Source: an uncultured archaeon
GTDB lineage: Archaea > Asgardarchaeota > Thorarchaeia > Thorarchaeales > Thorarchaeaceae
Direction of reading: 5' to 3'
DNA: 15,799 bases
NCBI GenBank assembly: GCA_964354495.1
Contig: CAYHAA010000028.1
Coordinates: 1-15,799, forward strand
Shown: positions 5,627 to 13,493 of the stretch, piece by piece
Position numbering within the stretch: the stretch's first letter is position 1
Layout: every line of letters starts with the position of its first letter
Made by a program: the position numbers and the translations under genes
The notes under the pieces: model-generated
The model's input: the letters and a program-made list of their open reading frames with translations, nothing else
Told to the model about the DNA's origin: nothing
The model's database searches: none

Positions 5627-6154
5627 ATGACTGATCCGGAGCCTGCGGAAAAGATTGTTCCGCGTATTATGAAACAGTACACTGAGAACCCTCGTGGGTG
5701 GCATATCATGAACACCCCTCTTGGAGAGGTTCTTGTTCTCAGTCCAGACTCCGCATTCCAGCTCAAGCTCATTCCACTGAATCCGTTCGAGTTCACCGGT
5801 GCAGGGGTTGAGCTTCCTAAGTCCAGTAAGACGATTGAGGAGATACGTTCCTCTCCTGAATTTGGGCTTCGCCCGATTGACGAGAAAGACCTACAGGGAA
5901 TACTGACTGCTCTAGGAAGTCCGCAGGGCACCAGTCCTGAGATTCAGGAGATTCTCAGGCGTGCCCCTGTATCACTCGAAGACCTCTCTGCAAAGGAGCA
6001 TGCTGCTAACCATATTCTTCGGGGTCCTGTTCTGCTTCGTCCGGATTTGAGTTCATTGAGTCCGGAACTTCTCAAGATGCAGATGACACTTGACCGCAGT
6101 GCTCAGAAGACGTTTCGCAGCCGATTTCCCATGCGAGCAGGGATGTACGTCTAG
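5627..6154 (+). CDS. Conserved archaeal hypothetical protein
   Basis: 175-aa ORF with ATG after GAGTGA. The segment P.GW...FQLK...NPFE..G.G...FGLRP...GP resembles an uncharacterised archaeal family I recall but cannot name. Confidence 0.75.
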   Translation: MTDPEPAEKIVPRIMKQYTENPRGWHIMNTPLGEVLVLSPDSAFQLKLIPLNPFEFTGAGVELPKSSKTIEEIRSSPEFGLRPIDEKDLQGILTALGSPQGTSPEIQEILRRAPVSLEDLSAKEHAANHILRGPVLLRPDLSSLSPELLKMQMTLDRSAQKTFRSRFPMRAGMYV

Positions 6155-6231
6155 ATGTGAACTCCTGCCCGACTCTGTCAAATCCAAAACGGCTGCGGCA
6201 TACGCTTTTTAGTTGTCATGTAATCCCGTTG

Positions 6232-6726
6232 ATGAGTTGTATGATTCGAAATCTAATCATTCTTGACAGGAATGGTCGCGCTCTCCTCAGCGCCAACTTC
6301 GGAGAGTGCCATTCGTTTGGGGACAATGACGAGGTGTTCAGTAGTTTCGTCAGTGCAATCCTATCCTTCTGCAAGGAGGCGCTCTCTGCTGACAGTGTGA
6401 ACGAGATTCAGTTGGGGACTCTGTCGTTCATGCTCACCTCTCAAGATGATCTGGTATTCTCAATCTCCGCAGACGATAGCTCTACAGAGGCAAATAGAAC
6501 AACACTGTGGAGAATCGCCGATATGTTCACATCACGATATGGCTCCGTGTTGCCTGATGGCGAGGATGAACTCGATACGGCCTCGTTCAAGTCCTTCGCG
6601 CAGTATCTCGTGAAGGAAGGCGTTCTAAAGCCGAACTGCGGAAAGTTCGAGGAGTGCATCGGGTGCGAGAACAGGCAAAAGCGACTGCCCCTGCCTGAGA
6701 TGACGGAAACCCTTCGTCAGCACTAG
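6232..6726 (+). CDS. Longin-domain protein with C-terminal Cys cluster (CX5CX2C)
   Basis: MIRNLIILDRNGRALLS...FSSFVSAILSF...NEIQLG..SF.L....LVFSISAD...L..IADMF..RYG follows the longin pattern (AP sigma/mu, TRAPP-like, Asgard longins). Start at ATG 6232 or 6241, downstream of TTTTTA at 6206-6211. Confidence 0.78.
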   Translation: MSCMIRNLIILDRNGRALLSANFGECHSFGDNDEVFSSFVSAILSFCKEALSADSVNEIQLGTLSFMLTSQDDLVFSISADDSSTEANRTTLWRIADMFTSRYGSVLPDGEDELDTASFKSFAQYLVKEGVLKPNCGKFEECIGCENRQKRLPLPEMTETLRQH

Positions 6727-6793
6727 ACCGTCTATGGTCCAATCAGAGACCCGAATACCATTTGGCTTATCAGGCACCTTAGTGATTACTGTG

Positions 6794-6807
6794 AGTCACT
6801 AGTGACT
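6794..6807. promoter_or_regulatory. Perfect 14-bp palindrome AGTCACTAGTGACT upstream of the deacylase
   Basis: Self-complementary; ends 16 bp before ATG 6823. Confidence 0.4.
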
Positions 6808-6822
6808 GGGGATCGGACGACC

Positions 6823-8469
6823 ATGGACTATGATATCATCATCAAGAATGGGCGTGTCATTGATGGCACAGGGAATCCCTGGATGAAAGCGGACATCGGA
6901 GTCTCACGCGGCAGGATAACATCAGTAGGCGAGCTGAGCGCTTCTCAAGCGACGAAGATCACAGATGCAAGTGGTCTCATAGTGACCCCTGGTTTCATCG
7001 ATGTTCACACGCATTCTGACCTCACACTCCTCATTAACCCGAATGCGGAGAGCAAGGTACGTCAGGGCGTGACGACGGAGGTCCTAGGAAACTGCGGGAC
7101 TAGCCCTGCGCCAACTAGTGACTCAGCTCTGGAGCTTCTGAAGAAGACTTGGGGTTCTGAAGCTGACGAAGTGGACTGGAAATGGAAGACATTTGGTGAT
7201 TACTTGGCGAGGATTGAGGATCAGGGCACCGCAGTCAATGTCCTCGGTCTGGTTGGGCATGGGACCGTACGGATCGCTGTGATGGGCGTTGAAGACAGGG
7301 CGCCATCGCGGCAAGAGCTGGCAGAGATGAAGGAGCTGGTGAAGAGTGCGATGTCTGAAGGGGCTATTGGCATGTCGTCCGGTCTTGTCTATCTGCCTGG
7401 CTCGTTCGCAACGACACACGAACTCGTCGAACTCTGCAAGGTTGTTGCTGGACAAGGCGGGCTCTATACCTCTCATATCCGTGGCGAGCGTGAAACCATA
7501 GTGGATGCACTCAAAGAGGCAATCGAGATCGCTGAGAGGTCGGGGGCTCGCCTACAGGTCTCGCACAACTGTCCCAAGTACGGTGCCCATGGAAAATTCG
7601 ACGAGATGTCGAGGCTCTATGATGAGGCCAGAGCGAGGGGCTTGGACCTCACTATAGATAATGATGCACACACAGACTTCAATCCCCAGCTGAGCCAAGT
7701 GCTTCCGCAGTGGGCTCAGGCAGGCGGCGACCAGGCAGCGGCAGAGCGACTGAGACACCCTAAGATGCGAAAACGTATCAGGCAAGAGACCCTCGACGAC
7801 AGGCTTCCTGGACCGGGCTATGCTGGGCTCGTGAAACATGGTCGATGGGACAGAATCTTTCTCCTTCACGCAACCAAGAACAAGTCCCTCATCGGCAAGA
7901 GCTTTGAGGAGATTGCAGCACTCAGAGGCAAAGAGCCCGTGGATGCCTACCTCGACCTTCTCGTCGAGGAGGATGGCAATGCAAGCGCCCTCTTCGACTA
8001 TATGGAGCAAGAAGACATCAGAGCATTGCTCAGGCATCCCTTGATGATGGTATGCAGTGATAGCAACGCAGTTGCTCCCTACGGTGCTCTCGGCAAGATT
8101 CAGGGCTATTGGCCCTGCTCCTATGGGGAGTACCCCTACATACTCGAGAGATATGTGCGAGAGGAGGGCGTCTTGACTCTCCAAGAGGCAATTCGTAAGA
8201 TGACCTCCTTTCCAGCCCAGAAGCTCGGGTTGCGGGACAGAGGACAGATCCGCGAGGGGATGTGGGCAGATATCGTAGTGTTTGATTTCGAGAGAATTAG
8301 AGACCGGGCGACATGTCGATTCCCCTATACATTCCCTCTGTCCAACTATCCACACAGGTACCCGGAGGGTATCGAGTATGTCCTTGTGAATGGAGAAATC
8401 GTCGTGGAAAAGGGAGAACACACAGGCACTCTTGCAGGCCATGTGTTGCGTCACTCGAGAGAGAAGTAG
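6823..8469 (+). CDS. N-acyl-D-amino-acid deacylase (D-aminoacylase, amidohydrolase superfamily)
   Basis: IIKNGRVIDGTG, PGFIDVHTHSD, GVTTEVLGNCG, SSGLVYLPG, YTSHIR, SHN, CSDS, AIRKMTSFPA, G.IREG.WADIVVFD and PEGIEYVLVNG. Start at ATG 6823 (MDYDIII). Confidence 0.92.
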   Translation: MDYDIIIKNGRVIDGTGNPWMKADIGVSRGRITSVGELSASQATKITDASGLIVTPGFIDVHTHSDLTLLINPNAESKVRQGVTTEVLGNCGTSPAPTSDSALELLKKTWGSEADEVDWKWKTFGDYLARIEDQGTAVNVLGLVGHGTVRIAVMGVEDRAPSRQELAEMKELVKSAMSEGAIGMSSGLVYLPGSFATTHELVELCKVVAGQGGLYTSHIRGERETIVDALKEAIEIAERSGARLQVSHNCPKYGAHGKFDEMSRLYDEARARGLDLTIDNDAHTDFNPQLSQVLPQWAQAGGDQAAAERLRHPKMRKRIRQETLDDRLPGPGYAGLVKHGRWDRIFLLHATKNKSLIGKSFEEIAALRGKEPVDAYLDLLVEEDGNASALFDYMEQEDIRALLRHPLMMVCSDSNAVAPYGALGKIQGYWPCSYGEYPYILERYVREEGVLTLQEAIRKMTSFPAQKLGLRDRGQIREGMWADIVVFDFERIRDRATCRFPYTFPLSNYPHRYPEGIEYVLVNGEIVVEKGEHTGTLAGHVLRHSREK

Positions 8470-8555
8470 AAAATGCCAGAGGTACTGTCCTGCATAGGTG
8501 AGTATGTAAACAATGATTGGGAAGAAAGACACGCTAATCAGACCAGAGGACAGGC

Positions 8556-10799
8556 CTACTGCAGATCAACGGTTGGGAGGGTCTGCTTTGCAGTTTCACG
8601 CTCTTTCATATAGTCCCGCCACATGAAATACCACAGTAGCCAAAGCAGAGACAATCCAGAGAAGAGCAAGATTTCCATCCAGTTCAAACCTAGGCCTATA
8701 TGGGACATCCATACGGAATAGAGGAGTAGGATGCCCCGAGCTGTGACGAATAGACTGAGCCCAGTGTATACGAAGAAAAGACCAGATTTGGCAGTCTTAC
8801 GTATAGATGAGGGCGCCATAGCGTTGCTAACAATTACGTATGGTACGCAGACTAGAAGTGTGCCACAAAAGAGGAGAGTATCTGGATCTGGAAGTGGGAA
8901 TTGGGCGGGGCCTGTTGGATATGCTTTCATTATGTGATAGAAATAGACATCACGCATTGGATTGAAGACCAGGCCATCTCCAGAGATCCAGTCTCTCCAT
9001 GTTCGAAACTCTAAGACTTGATATGCCCAAAGATACGGCGCGTCATCAGCTATTGTATCTTGTATGTGATTGAGATACACTTGGCGCTGTGAGGAGTTGG
9101 TCTCAGCGATTGCCAGTTCGCACCAGAGATCGATGTCCGTACTGTTGTAGCCAATCCGCAGGGCCATGTTTTCACTTGAGTAGCAGAGTGGGTAGAGATA
9201 GCTGATAGGGTCTGCATTGTCTGCTGTCCAGCCAAATGGCAGTGCTAGGAGTCTTCCTTCAGTAAGGTACTCAAGATAGACTGAAAAAGAAATGTCCTCG
9301 ATTCTGATTGTTAGATTGTCATTCAGTCCTGTATGATTCGCAGCCGGATGCCAGAAGACGTCTTCAAGACCCTGTTTCAAGAGGTCTACTGACGCATTCC
9401 TCGGGGTGCTCCCTGCGATATAATGAAAGGTCAGTGTGCTGTTTATCGCATTCAATGAGGACCGGAATGCAGGATCCTGCATTGCTAGGTTCCATTCCTC
9501 TACTGCAGCAGTGATGTTATAGTTGAATACGAAGCTAGAACCATTGTGACCTGTCATTCCAATGGGGATTGGCCCCTTTCCCTTGGTCCCGAAGCCGTAG
9601 GCAGAGTCCTCTATGAACTCTTCGTAATCAAAGGCATACGAAGCAGCCCTCCTGAAGTTCTTGTTTTTGAACGGACTCTCTATGGTCACGTTGGTGGAGT
9701 CGATTGTAGTTGTGAACTTTCCCATATTGAATCCGAAGAAGACTGTCGTGTATTGGTACCCCCCCGTGGATACGTTGATTTCCTCATTGTGGATACTTTC
9801 ATTCTCAATCTCAGAGGCATCATCGATAGGCCAATTGGCACCATCAATAACCCCTGCCCAAAGATTCAGCCATCGCCCATAGGAATCCCAGTTATTTCTT
9901 ATGAAGACCTTTCTGATTGAGCCTGCATAGGAGGGCGATAAAGCATCTGATGTTGTGGTCGGTCCTCTCCAATAGTCATCATAGACGTCCAGCTCAATGT
10001 ATTGATTTTCTATCCAATTGGTGAGTGTGTATGGACCGGTACCACATGTGTGCGTGCGCATGTAGTTCTCAGACTCACCATAGTCTACACCATATGCTTC
10101 CCATGTTGCCAGGCCCTCAGTTGATCCATGATTGATTGCATAGGTAGGACTCATGATGAACGCGATACCTGTCGCCAAGATTGCGATAAAGGGTGAGAAT
10201 GGTCTCTCAAGAACGAAACGGACAGCATAGTCCTCGAGTACTTCGATTGCACTCGAGTTGGCAATCCAGTCATCAAAGGCGGCTATGAATACTGATGATG
10301 ATGTGCCATTCGATAATGCTGCCTCCATGACCTGAGCGCCTCCCTTCAGCACTTCGGCGATGGTCCAAATCTTGCCCCATTCTGAGAAGATCTTCATGGC
10401 TCGCTCGATGTTCCACTTCACACAGCTGGCATTGAATGGGGTGCCATCATGGAAGGTGATGCCCTGCCGCAGTTCAATAGTGTAGTTCTTCCCGTCAGCG
10501 GAGATTGAGGGTTGCTCGACTGCGAGGAGGGGTATCAATGGGGCTGTAGCGCTGCTATTGAAAGGATATGCGTACAGAGTCTCATAGATATTGGATAGAA
10601 TCCATTGTCCGAACTGCTCGTTGTCGACCGCAGGGTCCATGGAGTCAGGATCGCCCATTGTCTCCCAAATGAGATAGTCGGTGGGGGGACGGCTCGGCGT
10701 AATATAGAGATATACCACATTTAGAAGTGGGAGCAGGAGAGGCAGAAGCAGCATGACCACGAGCCACCGTTTCCTCACGTGGAGCTGTATTCTCACCAT
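8556..10799 (-). CDS. ABC-type peptide solute-binding protein (family 5, DppA/OppA-like), N-terminally anchored with a multi-TM C-terminal tail
   Basis: DPDSMDPA, IYETL, PLLA...S.DGK.YTIELRQGITFHDGTPFNA..VKWNIER, GTGPY, FRRA.SYAFD, GW.ADN.DP..YL and APYLW; many N-x-S/T sequons. Confidence 0.9.
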   Translation of the reverse strand: MVRIQLHVRKRWLVVMLLLPLLLPLLNVVYLYITPSRPPTDYLIWETMGDPDSMDPAVDNEQFGQWILSNIYETLYAYPFNSSATAPLIPLLAVEQPSISADGKNYTIELRQGITFHDGTPFNASCVKWNIERAMKIFSEWGKIWTIAEVLKGGAQVMEAALSNGTSSSVFIAAFDDWIANSSAIEVLEDYAVRFVLERPFSPFIAILATGIAFIMSPTYAINHGSTEGLATWEAYGVDYGESENYMRTHTCGTGPYTLTNWIENQYIELDVYDDYWRGPTTTSDALSPSYAGSIRKVFIRNNWDSYGRWLNLWAGVIDGANWPIDDASEIENESIHNEEINVSTGGYQYTTVFFGFNMGKFTTTIDSTNVTIESPFKNKNFRRAASYAFDYEEFIEDSAYGFGTKGKGPIPIGMTGHNGSSFVFNYNITAAVEEWNLAMQDPAFRSSLNAINSTLTFHYIAGSTPRNASVDLLKQGLEDVFWHPAANHTGLNDNLTIRIEDISFSVYLEYLTEGRLLALPFGWTADNADPISYLYPLCYSSENMALRIGYNSTDIDLWCELAIAETNSSQRQVYLNHIQDTIADDAPYLWAYQVLEFRTWRDWISGDGLVFNPMRDVYFYHIMKAYPTGPAQFPLPDPDTLLFCGTLLVCVPYVIVSNAMAPSSIRKTAKSGLFFVYTGLSLFVTARGILLLYSVWMSHIGLGLNWMEILLFSGLSLLWLLWYFMWRDYMKERETAKQTLPTVDLQ

Positions 10800-10942
10800 A
10801 TCATACCACGCTCGAAAGCAATCCTGCCGCTGTATCTTCCACTTCAGTTCCTTATGAAGTGTTGGAAGTACCAGACATCTCTATCCTGTCCGATTACTTT
10901 CGTGATTGTCAGAATGCCTTTCAACTAAGGAGAGAGGACTGG

Positions 10943-11047
10943 ATGAACTGTGGGTCGCATTCAAACCAGGGGTCTGCATTAGACGGAAACTCCAATCATC
11001 CCCGCTGTGTGTTTTGCGGTTTCCGGGAGAGCGAATTCCTTTTATGA
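10943..11047 (+). CDS. Possible 34-aa zinc-binding microprotein (CxxH...CxxC)
   Basis: MNCGSHSNQGSALDGNSNHPRCVFCGFRESEFLL*, preceded by AAGGAGAGAGG. Short, so it may be chance. Confidence 0.25.
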   Translation: MNCGSHSNQGSALDGNSNHPRCVFCGFRESEFLL

Positions 11048-11091
11048 TAGGGAAGGGATAGTAAGCAGGTTGAGTATTGAGGTGCAATTGC

Positions 11092-11979
11092 ATGACCAAT
11101 CGTTCTGTCTGGTCTATTACTGCCCTGAGAGTAGCCACTATCTTCCTGCTATTTTCATCAGCAGGCCTTCTTTCAAGCTCGCCCACTGCTCTTGAGCCGT
11201 CGACAGCCATTGATAACTCACGTACTGAATATGCTCCGCGGACATTCATCGAGTCTTCTCAGAGTTCAATGTCTGTAAGCGTGGCTGCCTACGACTGGGA
11301 ATCCTACTATGTCTACCTGTCATTCGATAACGTACTGATCTATGACTACTCTGTCTCGGGGGGAAACATCAATCTCCACCTGCTGTCATCAGGCCAGTAT
11401 AGCACATGGGTAAGTGCTGCTCCGGGCACCCTTGTTCCAACATTGAGATCTATTTCGAGTACATCTAGTGGTAGACTTACCTACCGATCCAGTTCTGGGG
11501 GCGAGTACTACCTGCTCTTTGACAATCAAGCCAGCAGTTCTTCAAAGTCCATTTCTGGTACAATAACAAAGGACACTGCAGCTCCCAGTATTAGCTGCAA
11601 TCTGACGCACGGACAAAACTACACTAGCCCTGTCACTATTCAGATCACTGCATCCGACGATGAGTCCAGCATTGAGCAGATTGCGTTGAAGATCGATGGT
11701 GAGACTGTCGCATCGGTGAACGATGCAGACACGCTACTCTATGAGTGGGAAGTAAGCTGGAGCGATTCAGGCAATTATACATTGCAGATTACTGCCCGTG
11801 ACAGTTGGGATAAGGCTAGGACCGTGGAGCTGAATGTGTCCATCAGTGGAATACCAGTCGAGCCTATACCGTTTTCAAGCATTGCTCTAATCTTTGGGTA
11901 TGCAATCCTGCCTCTTGTTGCTGTAGTCATCGGCATAATCTACTCAAGACATCAGAAGAGTGTCAGGAATCTTGGTTAG
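11092..11979 (+). CDS. Type I membrane protein: signal/anchor, GOLD(emp24/p24)-like domain, Ig-like (Big) domain, C-terminal TM and short tail
   Basis: GAGGTG before ATG 11092; GEYYLLFDNQAS..SKSI (GOLD-like); DTAAPSI...VTIQITASD...I..ALKIDG...YEW...GNYTLQITARD (Ig-like); TM SIALIFGYAILPLVAVVIGIIY. Confidence 0.72.
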   Translation: MTNRSVWSITALRVATIFLLFSSAGLLSSSPTALEPSTAIDNSRTEYAPRTFIESSQSSMSVSVAAYDWESYYVYLSFDNVLIYDYSVSGGNINLHLLSSGQYSTWVSAAPGTLVPTLRSISSTSSGRLTYRSSSGGEYYLLFDNQASSSSKSISGTITKDTAAPSISCNLTHGQNYTSPVTIQITASDDESSIEQIALKIDGETVASVNDADTLLYEWEVSWSDSGNYTLQITARDSWDKARTVELNVSISGIPVEPIPFSSIALIFGYAILPLVAVVIGIIYSRHQKSVRNLG

Positions 11980-12153
11980 TGGGACGAGCGGGTATGAGCA
12001 TAAGCTCTAGCTGGCATTGAAATAGCACTATTGGGGCATCGCGAGAAGCGGCAGCACATCAGCTCTTCCGATTGAGAAAGACTCACTCCTTCTCATGTAG
12101 GAGACTCGTTAGCAGGTGTGAAATCTGCAAATTGAGATGGTCTTGGAGCTAAA

Positions 12154-12293
12154 TGGTGGGCCGGACGTGATTTGAACACGTGACCACCGCACGTTTGAAC
12201 GTGCGTGGAAGTCAAGCACTTATGTCAATGCGGTATTTTCTAACATTCCAGAATGACTCTAGTCTGTTCATAGCCGAGCTAGACCACCGGCCC
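12154..12293 (-). tRNA. tRNA-Val(GAC), CCA encoded, with two introns: 32 nt at 12237-12268 (about 23/24) and 30 nt at 12193-12222 (37/38)
   Basis: Minus strand: acceptor GGGCCGG/CCGGCCC, anticodon stem CCGCA/TGCGG with TT-GAC-A (anticodon 12224-12226), T-arm ACGTG-TTCAAAT-CACGT. Removing both inserts gives a 78-nt cloverleaf. The 37/38 intron forms a BHB with central helix TTGA/TCAA. Confidence 0.92.
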
Positions 12294-12320
12294 TTTGAGG
12301 TCTCTGTCCTCTGCTGCCGA

Positions 12321-12333
12321 TTAAAAACGTTGC
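12321..12333 (-). promoter_or_regulatory. BRE/TATA promoter of tRNA-Val
   Basis: Minus strand GCAACGTTTTTAA ending 28 nt upstream of the tRNA 5' end. Confidence 0.7.
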
Positions 12334-12369
12334 GACAAGGTCAGCAATCAATATTGAGAATGAATCGGT

Positions 12370-12690
12370 TCACATGTTTTCGAAATCTGTTTCTCTCTGA
12401 CGGTGTAAGATCCATCTGATAGCTAGACCAAGTATCGCTAATTCAGCAATTAGGCTCGCCCACGACAGGACAAACATTAATGGGTCTCCCGTGAAAATCA
12501 GACTTCCACTGAGTATTGCTGGAATTGAAGCTAATAGAACGATAATAACCAAAGCAACAATGACACCGACACATGAACATCCATAATCCCTTACTCTACT
12601 TCTGTCAGTAAAAGCAGAATCTTGCCGAATTTCCCTTGGATATCTTTCCCACCTCTGCGCTACCATGCGAATTCTCTGTTCTAAGACCAA
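12370..12690 (-). CDS. Small two-TM protein with DYGCSC motif (YGCS family, copy 3)
   Basis: Basic N-terminus, RDYGCSCVGVIVALVIIVLL, second TM and charged tail. Start TTG 12690 or ATG 12666. Confidence 0.7.
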   Translation of the reverse strand: MVLEQRIRMVAQRWERYPREIRQDSAFTDRSRVRDYGCSCVGVIVALVIIVLLASIPAILSGSLIFTGDPLMFVLSWASLIAELAILGLAIRWILHRQRETDFENM

Positions 12691-12769
12691 TTAAACTATT
12701 CCAATCTCTTTTTGTGCGTCTAAATCTGCAAGACGAATTACAATCAGACTGATGACAATGCTACAGAGT

Positions 12770-13031
12770 CTAGTCACTTTCAGAGAGTGAACATTTGTGT
12801 CTAGCGTTCACCTAGAACGCTACCAGCAAGATGAATGCTATTGGGATTGTCTAGATGTACAGACCATCACTCCCCAGAGCTCTTGGCAGTGTGACGAGTC
12901 GGACAAAAAACAATCCGGTCAATGATAAGTTCGATACATGAACACCTATAGTCCTTCACATAGTCATTGACAGCATCATCCCTGCGGAACTATCCAGGAT
13001 GTGACATAACGGGACTGACGTATTCTGGCAT
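12770..13031 (-). pseudogene. Degraded YGCS-family paralog (copy 2), not in the ORF track
   Basis: Minus strand reads MPEYVSPVMSHPG*FRRDDAVNDYVKDYRCSCIELII, then +1 frameshift, then LFFVRLVTLPRALGSDGLYI*TIPIAFILLVAF*VNARHK. Aligns with copy 3 (YPREIRQDSAFTD...VRDYGCSCVGVIV). Internal TAGs at 12990-12992, 12851-12853 and 12812-12814. Confidence 0.72.
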
Positions 13032-13107
13032 TGCAGCCCCCAAATTGACTCTCTCTTGAAATGAGACAAGACCACTGAAACTGCGTCCAGAAACACTCCT
13101 CTGGGGT

Positions 13108-13407
13108 CTACTGACCCTCAGAGCCTGCCTGCCTAGACTGAGTGTATAGCCAACTACCGATTAACGCAGCGAATGTGCCTACTACAGTGATAATGGCAGT
13201 GATAGTGAATGCTGAAATCGCGGCCGGTGCTTCAGGACCCCACTCTATCTGGGATGGATTAACAAATGGAAAGAAGGCAAAGAATGAGTTTCCATTGAGG
13301 AACACAACTCCAATCATTATCACGACGACTACTATTAGAGCCATGACGACTCCAATCCATGAGCATCCGTAGGTTCTTTCTTCACGAGAATATATTGGAT
13401 AGTTCAA
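13108..13407 (-). CDS. Small two-TM protein with TYGCSW motif (YGCS family, copy 1)
   Basis: TTG start after GAGGG; RTYGCSWIGVVMALIVVVVIM followed by a second TM. Confidence 0.72.
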   Translation of the reverse strand: MNYPIYSREERTYGCSWIGVVMALIVVVVIMIGVVFLNGNSFFAFFPFVNPSQIEWGPEAPAAISAFTITAIITVVGTFAALIGSWLYTQSRQAGSEGQ

Positions 13408-13493
13408 TTCCCTCTAGAACCTCCTAGGAACCTGGAACGGCTGAACCTCACTCAACTCTTCTTCTGAGGAAAGATAAACCTATGGCAGGATGT

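Noticed and set aside
5509-5931. 140-aa minus-strand ORF
   Set aside because: Antisense to the better-supported 5627-6154 CDS and Ser-rich in the way shadow frames are.
7552-8532. 326-aa antisense ORF within the D-aminoacylase
   Set aside because: Lies almost wholly opposite a highly conserved enzyme, has no motifs, and is explained by codon bias on the coding strand.
10881-11249. 122-aa minus-strand ORF
   Set aside because: Overlaps the start of the GOLD/Ig gene in antisense and has no recognisable features.
11980-12153. A second att duplicate for tRNA-Val
   Set aside because: I found no copy of the tRNA-Val 3' end (gggccggacgtgatttgaa) elsewhere in the window, so the SBP/GOLD region is not called an island.
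12180-12419. 79-aa plus-strand ORF, and reading the tRNA as Asp(GTC)
   Set aside because: The ORF overlies the tRNA and its promoter. GTC is only the plus-strand view; the cloverleaf is on the minus strand with anticodon GAC (Val).
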